NCBI RefSeq assembly: GCF_020641055.1
Contig: NZ_CP067345.1
Strand: one strand, 5' to 3'
Source of the DNA: Clostridioides sp. ES-S-0010-02
GTDB lineage: Bacteria > Bacillota > Clostridia > Peptostreptococcales > Peptostreptococcaceae
Length of the DNA stretch: 32,000 nucleotides
The notes beneath the pieces were generated by a model. It was not told the origin of the DNA. It ran no database searches and was given only the letters and a program-made list of their open reading frames with translations. Each line of letters begins with the position of its first letter. The stretch's first letter is position 1. Positions 19,248-28,116 of this stretch are shown here, one piece after another. The position numbers were made by a program, and so were the translations under genes.

Positions 19248-19556
19248 TTATTTTAATTTTTGAATTTCTTTTCTTAGCACTATCATTTCTTTTATAAGGT
19301 TTCTTTCACTCATACAAGTCATTAAATGGTCTTGAGAGTGAATTAGTAAAATAGATATATCTGATTTATTTCCTCCTGCTTCCTTTTGTATAAGTTCTGT
19401 TTGTACTTTATGTGCTTTTAATATTTCTTCATTTGCACTTTCGATTAATTCATCAGCCTTTTCAAAATCGTTTTCCTTTGCACAATCAAGAGCTTCATAA
19501 AGCATAGATTTTGCATTTCCAGCATGAATTATAATCTTTAATACTATTTCTTCCAT
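19248..19556 (-). CDS. PTS lactose/cellobiose-family EIIA
   Basis: 102-aa helical protein with HAGNAKS and the active-site region IHSQDHLM. Confidence 0.9.
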   Translation of the reverse strand: MEEIVLKIIIHAGNAKSMLYEALDCAKENDFEKADELIESANEEILKAHKVQTELIQKEAGGNKSDISILLIHSQDHLMTCMSERNLIKEMIVLRKEIQKLK

Positions 19557-19595
19557 TTCTTCCTCCTAAATTACTTGTCTACTTTTAACTGATTT

Positions 19596-19608
19596 CTATC
19601 TGATAGAT
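19596..19608. promoter_or_regulatory. perfect 6-1-6 palindrome TCTATC-N-GATAGA in the PTS operon leader
   Basis: Read directly at 19596-19608, about 40 nt upstream of the EIIA ATG. Confidence 0.3.
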
Positions 19609-19622
19609 ATATAATATCTTAT

Positions 19623-19673
19623 AAAAACAAAAAAACATGCACAACTTTTTCCACTACATGGAAAATTTTGTGC
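19623..19673 (-). terminator. terminator after the PRD regulator gene; may double as an operator
   Basis: Minus strand GCACAAAATTTTCC-auguagu-GGAAAAAGTTGTGC (12 of 14 bp pair), followed by ATGTTTTTTTGTTTTT. Confidence 0.65.
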
Positions 19674-19695
19674 TTATTCACATTTTGATATAAAT

Positions 19696-21600
19696 TTATA
19701 TAAGAATATTTTTTATATTTTTAATATCACAATTACTTAGCACATCAAGCATATTTTCATCTTCTGTCAATTTAGATATTTCTTTGAATAATTCTCTAAA
19801 TACTTTTCTATCATCCTCTTTTTTATAAGCTAATAAAAGTATAATCTTTATGTATTTTCCATTTCTAATTTTTATTGGTGTTTTCAATCTTGCAAAACAT
19901 AAGACAGATTGTTTTATATACTTCATATCTCCATGAGGAAATAATATTCCTTTCCCAACATTAGTTGGATATGCCTTTTCTCTTTCTATAATAGAATTTA
20001 AATATTCTTTATCTGCATAATGCTTTTCGATTAATAAATTAGTTAAGTATGCTATAGCCTCATAAATATCATTATGTTCTAGCTCTCTTATTAAATAATC
20101 AGACATCATTAATCTATTCATAAGTTTATATGATGTATCTTTTTCTTTTATTTTGTTGGTAAATTCTTTGAGTTTATTTTCATCTTCATCAGTAAATAGT
20201 GGTGTTGTTATAAAAATTGGCTTTTGTACATTTTCATATTCTTGAAATGCAATTATAAAATCTATCATTTTATTGAAGTTATCTCTTCTTAAATCTTCTT
20301 CCCTTAGTGTTTCAACTATTTCTATATTATTAAATCTCTTTTCTATCTTTACTTTTAGTAACATACTTACTCCAAAACTAAATGGGCACACGATACTTGC
20401 TTTTTTAGTTGATTCTCTCTTATTACTTTTTCTTTCTAAAGATGTTTGAAAGTGAAGAGTAAGATAACCTATTTCATCTTCAGTTATTTGTGTTCCTTTT
20501 TGCTCAATTCCTATTGAATTTGAAATTACTGTAAATAAAAAACAAAATTTATTTTTTATATTATCTAAAAGTGGATTTTCCAAATAAACGTTACTTTGCA
20601 TTTGGTGCATTGTAACATTTAAGTGACATATTAATTGGTCATAAAGCAATATATCATTATTAAAGTTTATACCCGATTCTTCTGATACCAGATTTATAAT
20701 TCTTTTTGTATACTCTGATAATTCTTCATTAAGGTATAGTGATTTTTTAGTATCTTTACTATTTATTTGTTTATTCATGCCAAGTATTAGTGATTCTATA
20801 AATAATTTTTCTTCATGGTTTAATACTATAGATAGACTGGATTTCAACTCATTTTCTATATCTAATATAAGAATTTCTAACTTTAATTCTTTTTTAATAT
20901 TTACTATTTCAAAAGAATTCCCCAACCTTATTCGTATGATATTTATAAGTAAAAATAACATCAATTGCCTGAATGAAACATCTGTAAGTCTTATATCCAT
21001 TTTATCTTCTATTATAGACATTATATTTTTGACAACTATTATGTCTACTATATGGAAATATTCTATTTCATCCATGTTTAGTCTGTATTTATCTATATAT
21101 TTAAATAAAAATGCCACTAACATTATTCTTATGTCTTTCTCATTTCCCTCAATACATATACCACTGCCCGTTTTAGTTGAAATTTTCAAATTATAATTAC
21201 TTAATTCTACTGATAATGTATTTATTTCTTCCCTAACAATATTTTTATTTATATACAATTTATTGGACAAATCATTTAAGGTAATCTTCTTATTATTGCA
21301 AAGTAATAGATTCAATATCTCAACTTGTTTATGGAGTTCACTATTTACTCTTTTAACTTCACCTCTTAACTTCTGGTTTACTATTATTTTATCTGTATCA
21401 TCTCCACTAAACTTAATTCCTATTTTAGGCTTTCTTTTAATATAAGCACTACAAAAAGTAGACAACCATTCATCAATGTACTTACAATCATTTCTTATTG
21501 TTCTCTCTGAGCACTCAAAATCGTTAGCAATGTCATTGATATTTATAAATTCTTCTTTCAATAGCAATACTGTCAACAAGTTCTCTTGTCTTTTGTTCAT
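19696..21600 (-). CDS. PRD-domain transcriptional activator of the LicR/MtlR type (HTH-Mga-PRD-PRD-EIIB-like-EIIA-like)
   Basis: N-terminal wHTH (RQENLLTVLLLKEEFININDIANDFECSERTIRNDCKYI), two PRD-like regions, an EIIB(Gat)-like Cys (ASIVCPFSFGVSMLL), and a C-terminal EIIA(Mtl/Fru)-like GILFPHG. No AAA+/sigma-54 module. ATG at 21600 with an AAAGAGGTGA RBS. Confidence 0.85.
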   Translation of the reverse strand: MNKRQENLLTVLLLKEEFININDIANDFECSERTIRNDCKYIDEWLSTFCSAYIKRKPKIGIKFSGDDTDKIIVNQKLRGEVKRVNSELHKQVEILNLLLCNNKKITLNDLSNKLYINKNIVREEINTLSVELSNYNLKISTKTGSGICIEGNEKDIRIMLVAFLFKYIDKYRLNMDEIEYFHIVDIIVVKNIMSIIEDKMDIRLTDVSFRQLMLFLLINIIRIRLGNSFEIVNIKKELKLEILILDIENELKSSLSIVLNHEEKLFIESLILGMNKQINSKDTKKSLYLNEELSEYTKRIINLVSEESGINFNNDILLYDQLICHLNVTMHQMQSNVYLENPLLDNIKNKFCFLFTVISNSIGIEQKGTQITEDEIGYLTLHFQTSLERKSNKRESTKKASIVCPFSFGVSMLLKVKIEKRFNNIEIVETLREEDLRRDNFNKMIDFIIAFQEYENVQKPIFITTPLFTDEDENKLKEFTNKIKEKDTSYKLMNRLMMSDYLIRELEHNDIYEAIAYLTNLLIEKHYADKEYLNSIIEREKAYPTNVGKGILFPHGDMKYIKQSVLCFARLKTPIKIRNGKYIKIILLLAYKKEDDRKVFRELFKEISKLTEDENMLDVLSNCDIKNIKNILI

Positions 21601-21642
21601 ATATATCACCTCTTTATGATTCAATCTAAATTTATTATATAT

Positions 21643-21681
21643 AAAAAAGAGCTACACATAAAAACATTATGCTAGCTCTCT
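21643..21681 (-). terminator. intrinsic terminator of the ncRNA gene
   Basis: Minus strand AGAGCTAGC...GTAGCTCT hairpin, followed by TTTTTTAT. Confidence 0.7.
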
Positions 21682-21687
21682 TTTAAT

Positions 21688-21899
21688 ATGATATTTAGCT
21701 GACCTGGTCTTTGACCCCACACTCGCCTACTGGAGGGTTCGCTTGGGTTCGCCGCACTACTACTCTCTCTCGATTTTATTATCGGTAGGTCTTACTTCTA
21801 AGCCGCACCATGCTCATTAACCCAATTTTTAGTGTTAACTTACGTGGATCCTTTTGCCTGCGACTGGCTTGGACTTTCAACCACAGACCTAAATATCAC
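21688..21899 (-). ncRNA. about 212-nt structured ncRNA, probable raiA-motif RNA
   Basis: A GC-enriched island in an AT-rich, ORF-free spacer. An 11-bp closing stem joins the 5' end GTGATATTTAG (21889-21899) to the 3' end CTAAATATCAT (21688-21698). It has its own consensus promoter and terminator, and lies directly downstream of comFC in the same orientation as hpf. That is the reported genomic context of the raiA motif. Confidence 0.55.
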
Positions 21900-21905
21900 T
21901 TATTC

Positions 21906-21934
21906 ATTTTAATATTTTAAAGTAAAATTGTCAA
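21906..21934 (-). promoter_or_regulatory. near-consensus sigma-A promoter driving the ncRNA
   Basis: TTGACA (21929-21934), exact 17-nt spacer, TAAAAT (21906-21911). The predicted TSS of about 21899 coincides with the first base of the closing stem. Confidence 0.7.
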
Positions 21935-21943
21935 TATATAAGA

Positions 21944-22726
21944 TTATTCCATAACGTAGTTGTCATTTGCTCTTGTAAGCAACGTCATTACAAAAACCTT
22001 ATTAACACCAGATAACTTTAAAATCTTAGATATTTCATTTGTTGTCACGCCAGTTGTAAATATATCATCTATCAAAAGTACATTTTTATTATTTATTAAT
22101 TTAATATTTTTGTTAACAGCAAACACATTTTTTAATTCCTTTTTTCTCTCTTGTTTACTTAACTTATAAAGCATCCTTGTATTTTTTTCCCTGGATATAC
22201 AATCTAACATTGGAACATTGATTATTTTACTCAAACTCAAAGCTATTTTTTGTGCTTGGTTAAATCCTCTTTTATTAAGTCTTTTCTTATGAAGTGGAAC
22301 AAATAATATATAATCAAACTTCACATTTTCTAAATCCAACTTTTCTTTCATTATTTGCGCTATGTATTTAGCCATAAATGTTTTTTGATTGTACTTTAAT
22401 CCTAATATTATTTTTTTAGTTATCTCGTTGTATTCAATACAGGAGATTGACTTGTCAAAATAAAAACTTTTATCAAAACAATAGCTACATCCTTCAATAA
22501 ATTCTTTTTCAAGTGAATGATGTATTATTGGCTTTCCACATTTTATACACCCATTTAGTATAAAATTCATTTCATTAAAACAACTTTTACAGACTGAATA
22601 GGTATTAGTTTTTTTTATTGATTTATCACAAATTATGCAATTTATATTTTCAGGATAAATAAAATCCAGACATTTATTAATTAGATTTCTAAGACTCTTA
22701 ATAAAATTATCATTGCATATTTTCAT
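21944..22726 (-). CDS. comFC: ComF-family protein ComFC (zinc-finger plus phosphoribosyltransferase domain)
   Basis: N-terminal Cys clusters (CIICD...CKSC, CIKCG...CSYC) and a C-terminal PRTase motif VLLIDDIFTTGVT. Confidence 0.88.
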   Translation of the reverse strand: MKICNDNFIKSLRNLINKCLDFIYPENINCIICDKSIKKTNTYSVCKSCFNEMNFILNGCIKCGKPIIHHSLEKEFIEGCSYCFDKSFYFDKSISCIEYNEITKKIILGLKYNQKTFMAKYIAQIMKEKLDLENVKFDYILFVPLHKKRLNKRGFNQAQKIALSLSKIINVPMLDCISREKNTRMLYKLSKQERKKELKNVFAVNKNIKLINNKNVLLIDDIFTTGVTTNEISKILKLSGVNKVFVMTLLTRANDNYVME

Positions 22727-22728
22727 AT

Positions 22729-24948
22729 TTACTCTATCAACAGCCCTTCTTGTTTGAATTTGTTTAACTTATATCCTAAGTTTGAATATCTTTGATTTAC
22801 TCTGTTATTTTTTATCATATATTCCAAATATTTGACATCTCCAACTAACACAACTAATTTTTTTGCTCTTGTCACTGCTGTATATAATAAATTACGACTT
22901 AGTAACATAGGAGGAGCCCAAGTTATTGGTATCACTACGACTGGGAATTCACTTCCTTGACTTTTATGTATGGTTGTACAAAAACTATGGTCAATCTCAT
23001 CTAATTCATCATATAAGTATGATACAATTTTAGTTTGGTCAAATAGTACATAAATAGTTTTCTTATCCTTATCTATATGATATACATAGCCTATATCTCC
23101 ATTATATATACCTTCCCCACTTTCCTTTTGGTCTTCTGTCTCCCACTTTTTTGTATAATTATTTTTTACTTGCATTACCTTGTCACCAACTCTAAACAAC
23201 CTTTTAGAAAAACTTTCTTCTACTTTAAACTTCTCCTTTTTGTTAAGATACTTTTGTAACTCTATATTAAGATTGGTAACTCCTAGCTCTCCTTTTCTCA
23301 TTGAAGATAACACTTGTATATCTTTTAGTTTATCAACATTATAAAATTTAGGTAATCTTTCATTTACCAAACCTATTATTTCATTTAATATCTCTTCATT
23401 TGTTGATTTTCTTATAAAAAAGAAGTCTTTTCCCTTTGTATTTAAATGAAGTGGTTCTCCATTATTTATCTTATGCGCATTCACAATTATCATACTTTGT
23501 TGAGCTTGTCTAAATATTTCATTTAATTTGACTACATTTATAATATTTGAATCTATCATGTCCTTAAGTACATTGCCTGCACCTACAGAAGGTAATTGGT
23601 CGCTATCCCCAACTAATATTACTCTTGTTCCTAATTTTATTGCTCTAAGTAAATTATACATTAAGATAATATCTACCATTGATACTTCATCGACTATTAT
23701 TACATCTGAATTTATTGGGTCTTCTTCATCTTTAAAAAATGTTAAATCATCATCTGTTGAAAATCCCATTTCTAATAATCTATGTATAGTCTTTGCTTCT
23801 TTATTAGAAGTTTCACTCATTCTCTTAGCTGCTCTTCCCGTTGGAGCAGCTAAAGTTACACTTTTCCCATTATTTTCAAATATATCTATAATTGCATTAA
23901 TAGTGGTAGTTTTTCCAGTACCTGGCCCACCAGTTATAATTAATACGCCACTGTTCACAGATTCTTTAACTGCTAAAACTTGCTTCTCTGCTAACTTAAT
24001 ATTCTTATCATCTTCTAAAATTTTAATTTCATTTTCTATATCTATATTCAAATCTTCAAATTCATACTGCGACAATTTTACTATTTGACTACATACTCCA
24101 TTTTCAGACAAATAGTAGGGCATAAGATATATGAGATTTTCATTATTTACTTTTTCTATATGTATTTTTTGATTATATACCAACATCATTACACATTCTT
24201 TTACTATGTCTCCACTTAACTCCAACAATTTTTCCGAATCTTGTATTAGAATATGTTCTGGCAAATATGTATGCCCATTACTTAGTGATTTATTTAAGGT
24301 ATATAATATTCCTTGGCATATTCTATCTTTAGAATTCTTATCTATACCAATTTTATTAGCTATACTATCAGCTACTTTAAACCCTATTCCTCTTATGTCT
24401 TCAGCAAGCTGATATGGATTTTTATTTATAATTTCTATTGCACTACTTTTATATTTTTTATATATTTTTAGACAGTAATTGGGTGTTATTCCAAAAGGAG
24501 ATAGTTCAATTATTATGTTTCTTAGTTCTCTATCTTCTTCATAACTCTTTACTATTTGCTTTACCTTTTTACTACCTATCCCCTCTACTTCTTGTAATTT
24601 TTCTGGGTAGTTTTGTATTATATCTAGTGTGTCAACACCAAACTTATCAATTATTCTCTTAGCCATTTTTTCGCCAATTCCATGTATCATACCAGAAGAT
24701 AAGTAAACATAAATTCCTTCCAAAGATGATGGTGTCACTGGCATAAAACTATTCACTTCAAATTGAGTTCCATAAATTTTGTGGTTTACCCATTTACCTT
24801 CAACCTCTATACTCTCTCCCATTGCTAAAGTAGGCATACATCCTACAACAACAATTTCATCATTTTCATTTACCAGATGAGCTATTGTATAGCCATTATC
24901 TTCATTTTTAAAGACTATTTCACTTATCATTCCTTCTAATTTTTCCAT
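22729..24948 (-). CDS. recD2: SF1B ATP-dependent RecD-like DNA helicase RecD2
   Basis: Walker A GGPGTGKTT, motif II VIIVDEVSMVD, VGDSDQLPSVGAGN, a C-terminal TIHKSQGSE..YTAVTRAK, and HhH repeats near the N-terminus. Confidence 0.92.
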   Translation of the reverse strand: MEKLEGMISEIVFKNEDNGYTIAHLVNENDEIVVVGCMPTLAMGESIEVEGKWVNHKIYGTQFEVNSFMPVTPSSLEGIYVYLSSGMIHGIGEKMAKRIIDKFGVDTLDIIQNYPEKLQEVEGIGSKKVKQIVKSYEEDRELRNIIIELSPFGITPNYCLKIYKKYKSSAIEIINKNPYQLAEDIRGIGFKVADSIANKIGIDKNSKDRICQGILYTLNKSLSNGHTYLPEHILIQDSEKLLELSGDIVKECVMMLVYNQKIHIEKVNNENLIYLMPYYLSENGVCSQIVKLSQYEFEDLNIDIENEIKILEDDKNIKLAEKQVLAVKESVNSGVLIITGGPGTGKTTTINAIIDIFENNGKSVTLAAPTGRAAKRMSETSNKEAKTIHRLLEMGFSTDDDLTFFKDEEDPINSDVIIVDEVSMVDIILMYNLLRAIKLGTRVILVGDSDQLPSVGAGNVLKDMIDSNIINVVKLNEIFRQAQQSMIIVNAHKINNGEPLHLNTKGKDFFFIRKSTNEEILNEIIGLVNERLPKFYNVDKLKDIQVLSSMRKGELGVTNLNIELQKYLNKKEKFKVEESFSKRLFRVGDKVMQVKNNYTKKWETEDQKESGEGIYNGDIGYVYHIDKDKKTIYVLFDQTKIVSYLYDELDEIDHSFCTTIHKSQGSEFPVVVIPITWAPPMLLSRNLLYTAVTRAKKLVVLVGDVKYLEYMIKNNRVNQRYSNLGYKLNKFKQEGLLIE

Positions 24949-25113
24949 TTTTATCTCCTAAAAATACTAATAATTGTTCCGTTCGTATGTTAGTATACTT
25001 AAATATATTAAGTTCTATGATAGGATTCTATCAGAAAATTTTTCTATATTTTTATACTTAACTTAATTTCTAACTATTATACATTTTATCAGAAACAAAA
25101 AAAATCTGCACCC

Positions 25114-25148
25114 TAAAAATATGGTACCTTAAAGTAAAGGTACCATAT
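25114..25148 (-). terminator. terminator of the ykvI-like gene
   Basis: Perfect 12-bp stem ATATGGTACCTT-uacuuu-AAGGTACCATAT, followed by TTTTTAG on the minus strand. Confidence 0.75.
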
Positions 25149-25219
25149 ATAAATAATTATTTTATTTCAACCAGCTTACTTCTAAAACATAGATTAAATT
25201 TCACAAATTTATTTTGATA

Positions 25220-26317
25220 TTAATTTACCTCAGATTTATTTTCCTTGTATCCTTCAGTTTTGGTAATTCTTCGATAAAGCATACATAGTAAAATTAAAAT
25301 TCCCATATAACCTGTATATGGATATAATGTCCCTACAAGCTTATCAAATGGTAATAATCCTCCTATACATGCTAATATGCTTACTACTACTGTTATTATT
25401 TTAAATTTAGGATGGTCATCTTCCACAAATCTATTAGTTACTGACCATAATAATGGTACAGCTGTAGTATATATTCCTAATAAAAGTACTACTGAGAATA
25501 AAATACCTATAATTGGAGATATCTTGTCAGCTAAATAAAGAGCTGGTATTTCTTTTGTGTATATATTTCCTACATCTGAAAGTAATGCTAGATTCATCAT
25601 TATAGCAGCTGCCATAAGGGCTACTCCACCTACTATACCTCCCCATACAGCATCTTTCTTATTTTTTGCTGAAGCTCCCATTCCAGTTAAAAATGTTATT
25701 ACTATTATTACATTATAGCAAGTATAAAGTACACCTGAGAAATATCCATTTGATGTAGCAGTTTTAACGTTTAGACTATCAATTATAGCTCCTGCATTTG
25801 ATAAAGCACCAATATTACTAAATAGACTAATTGCTCCTACTAAAAGTGTAAATATTATTATTATAGGACCTATATTACCTAGTATCTTTGAAAGCCTTGT
25901 CAAACCTAGAGATACAGTTATTAGGGAAACGATTGCCATACCAATTCTACCTACATATGGATTTAGACCATAATACTCTGATAATGTAGCTCCTGCTCCT
26001 GCAATCATTATTACTAATGTACCAAACAAAAACAATGGTCCAAACCACTCAAAAAATGTACCAAGATATTTTCCACAATATACCTGATAAATCTTTATTG
26101 GTTCTTTAAGCTTTAATTCTCTCCCTTTTTCTATAACTTCTGCTCCAAACCATGAGAATAATACCATAGATATTATTCCTCCTATAATTCCAGCATACCC
26201 ATAAAACGTAAAGAATTGTACTATCTCTTGACCAGTTGCAAATCCAGAACCTATTACAGTCGCTACATATGCTCCAGCAAAACTTATAACCATTTTGATG
26301 TTTATTTTATCCGACAT
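25220..26317 (-). CDS. YkvI-family polytopic membrane protein (putative transporter)
   Basis: About 11 predicted TM segments. N-terminus FAGAYVATVIGSGFATGQEIVQFF is typical of the YkvI family. I prefer the ATG at 26317 (GGAGGGAG RBS 8 nt upstream) over the GTG at 26323. Confidence 0.75.
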   Translation of the reverse strand: MSDKINIKMVISFAGAYVATVIGSGFATGQEIVQFFTFYGYAGIIGGIISMVLFSWFGAEVIEKGRELKLKEPIKIYQVYCGKYLGTFFEWFGPLFLFGTLVIMIAGAGATLSEYYGLNPYVGRIGMAIVSLITVSLGLTRLSKILGNIGPIIIIFTLLVGAISLFSNIGALSNAGAIIDSLNVKTATSNGYFSGVLYTCYNVIIVITFLTGMGASAKNKKDAVWGGIVGGVALMAAAIMMNLALLSDVGNIYTKEIPALYLADKISPIIGILFSVVLLLGIYTTAVPLLWSVTNRFVEDDHPKFKIITVVVSILACIGGLLPFDKLVGTLYPYTGYMGILILLCMLYRRITKTEGYKENKSEVN

Positions 26318-26589
26318 ACACACTACTCCCTCCTAAATAAAATAAATTTTTTAATAAGTAAAATTTAATGTAAGTTTATTAAGACTATATTAGTTGTATT
26401 ATTGATGCTTTTCAATATTTTTTGAATTATTTAACATTACTTAACGAAATCTTAACCAGTTTTTAACATATTCCTTCTACTATGTATTAATTTAATGCAA
26501 TATTATATAATGAAATATATTAATCTCACTAAATAATGTTTATTTATTATATGATTTAAAATTAGTATTTATTAAATATATTTAATCAT

Positions 26590-26637
26590 AAAATAAAAAA
26601 CTGCTAAAACGTAATTTTAAAATTACATTCTAGCAGC
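26590..26637 (-). terminator. metK terminator
   Basis: Long imperfect hairpin GCTGCTAGAATGTAATTTT/AAAATTACGTTTTAGCAG, followed by TTTTTTATTTT on the minus strand. Confidence 0.75.
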
Positions 26638-26651
26638 TCCTTATCTAAGCA

Positions 26652-27845
26652 TTATTCACCTAATGCGTCTTTTCTTAATTGTTCTACTTTATCAGTTCTT
26701 TCCCATGGTAAATCTATATCCGTTCTACCAAAGTGACCATAAGCAGCAACCTTTTTGTAAAGAGGCTTTCTTAAATCTAAATCTCTTATTATTGCTCCTG
26801 GTCTTAAATCAAAGTGTTTGTTTACTAGTTCAACAAGCTTCTCTTCTGAAACTTTACCTGTCCCAAAAGTATCTATAAATATAGATAATGGTCTAGCTAT
26901 ACCTATAGCATATGCAAGTTCTATCTCACATTTATCTGCAAGTCCAGCCGCAACAATATTTTTAGCAACATATCTAGCAGCATAAGCAGCAGATCTATCA
27001 ACTTTTGTAGGGTCTTTTCCTGAAAAAGCTCCTCCACCATGTCTAGAATATCCTCCATAAGTGTCTATTATTATTTTTCTTCCTGTAAGACCTGTATCCC
27101 CTTGAGGTCCTCCTATAACGAATCTGCCTGTTGGGTTTATATAAATTTTAGTATCTTCATCAAGTAATTCAGCTGGTATAACTGATTTTATAACATGCTC
27201 AATTAAATCTTGTCTTATCTTATCATTTGATACTGTTTCACAATGCTGAGCTGATATAAGAACTGTATGTACTCTTACAGCTTTATTTCCTTCATATTCA
27301 ACAGTAACTTGAGTTTTTCCATCTGGTCTTAAATAATCAACTAAACCTGTCTTTCTAACTTCTGTAAGTCTTCTTGATAATTTATGAGCTAATGATATTG
27401 GAAGTGGCATTAATTCTGGAGTTTCATTACATGCAAATCCAAACATTATACCTTGGTCTCCAGCTCCTACTTTTTCTATTTCTTGTTCTATTTCTTCTCC
27501 AGTCTTACTTTCTAGACCTTCATCAACTCCCATAGCTATATCTCCAGATTGTTCATCTATAGAAGTTATAACTGCACAAGTGTCACAGTCAAATCCATAT
27601 TTTGCTCTTGTATATCCAATTTCTTTTACTGTTTCTCTTACTAATTTAGGTATATCTACATAAGCAGATGTACTTATTTCTCCAGCTACTAAAACTAAGC
27701 CTGTTGTTACTGTAGTTTCACAAGCTACTCTAGATTGTGGGTCTTTTTCTAACAATGCATCTAATATTGAATCTGATATTTGGTCACATATCTTATCAGG
27801 ATGTCCTTCTGTAACTGATTCTGACGTAAATAAATGTCTTGCCAT
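26652..27845 (-). CDS. metK: S-adenosylmethionine synthase
   Basis: [32 protein letters not shown] and [16 protein letters not shown] motifs. 397 aa. Confidence 0.98.
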   Translation of the reverse strand: MARHLFTSESVTEGHPDKICDQISDSILDALLEKDPQSRVACETTVTTGLVLVAGEISTSAYVDIPKLVRETVKEIGYTRAKYGFDCDTCAVITSIDEQSGDIAMGVDEGLESKTGEEIEQEIEKVGAGDQGIMFGFACNETPELMPLPISLAHKLSRRLTEVRKTGLVDYLRPDGKTQVTVEYEGNKAVRVHTVLISAQHCETVSNDKIRQDLIEHVIKSVIPAELLDEDTKIYINPTGRFVIGGPQGDTGLTGRKIIIDTYGGYSRHGGGAFSGKDPTKVDRSAAYAARYVAKNIVAAGLADKCEIELAYAIGIARPLSIFIDTFGTGKVSEEKLVELVNKHFDLRPGAIIRDLDLRKPLYKKVAAYGHFGRTDIDLPWERTDKVEQLRKDALGE

Positions 27846-27920
27846 TTTTGTTCCTCCTTATTCATTCTTAATTTTTATTATAGATTTTACCTTATCTTCA
27901 ATTCTTAGAAATTTTACTCA

Positions 27921-28085
27921 AAATAAAAAACCTCTCCTTATAAGAAGAGGTTAATAATCGTAATCGCATACTAATTAACTGACCTCATCTTTCAAGACTT
28001 TTGTCTTGTAGGAATTAGCACCTTTTCCCATTTGGGTGGTTGCTGGGCTTCACAGGGCCTATCCCTCAGCCGCTCTTGATAAGGT
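27921..28085 (-). promoter_or_regulatory. SAM-I (S-box) riboswitch with terminator, metK leader
   Basis: Minus strand reads CTTATCAAGAGCGGCTGAGGGATAGGCCCTGTGAAGCCCAGCAACC...AAAGGTGCTAATTCCTACAAG...GAAAGATGAGG. Then comes the terminator AACCTCTTCTTATAAGGAGAGGTT plus TTTTTATTTT (27921-27952). Confidence 0.92.
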
Positions 28086-28116
28086 AATCAAGATTTAAGT
28101 TTTATTTTACTTTATT

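Noticed and set aside
19638-19653. Sigma-54-like -24/-12 element TGGAAAAAGTTGTGCA (GG-N10-GC spacing) upstream of the PTS genes.
   Set aside because: The adjacent regulator is a LicR/MtlR-type PRD protein with no AAA+/sigma-54 activation module. The -24 half is a poor match (TGGAAA versus TGGCAC). The sequence is also fully explained as one arm of the terminator hairpin.
13592-21640. Possibility that the PTS block is a mobile element or genomic island.
   Set aside because: There is no integrase, transposase or recombinase gene, no flanking direct or inverted repeats, and no tRNA attachment site. I report it only as a synteny interruption.
21871-21878. GAAAGTCC in the ncRNA, reminiscent of the RNase P RNA CR-I block. 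I also considered 6S RNA, SRP RNA, tmRNA and known riboswitch classes for the 21688-21899 RNA.
   Set aside because: The transcript is far too short for RNase P RNA (about 210-260 nt versus about 350-400 nt) and lacks the other conserved RNase P blocks. There is no SRP domain IV sequence (GGAAGCAGCC-like) and no tmRNA tag ORF or tRNA-like end. Beyond the closing stem the two halves are not complementary, as they would be in 6S RNA. Core motifs of the cobalamin, c-di-GMP, ydaO, M-box, glycine, lysine, TPP and yybP classes were not found by eye.
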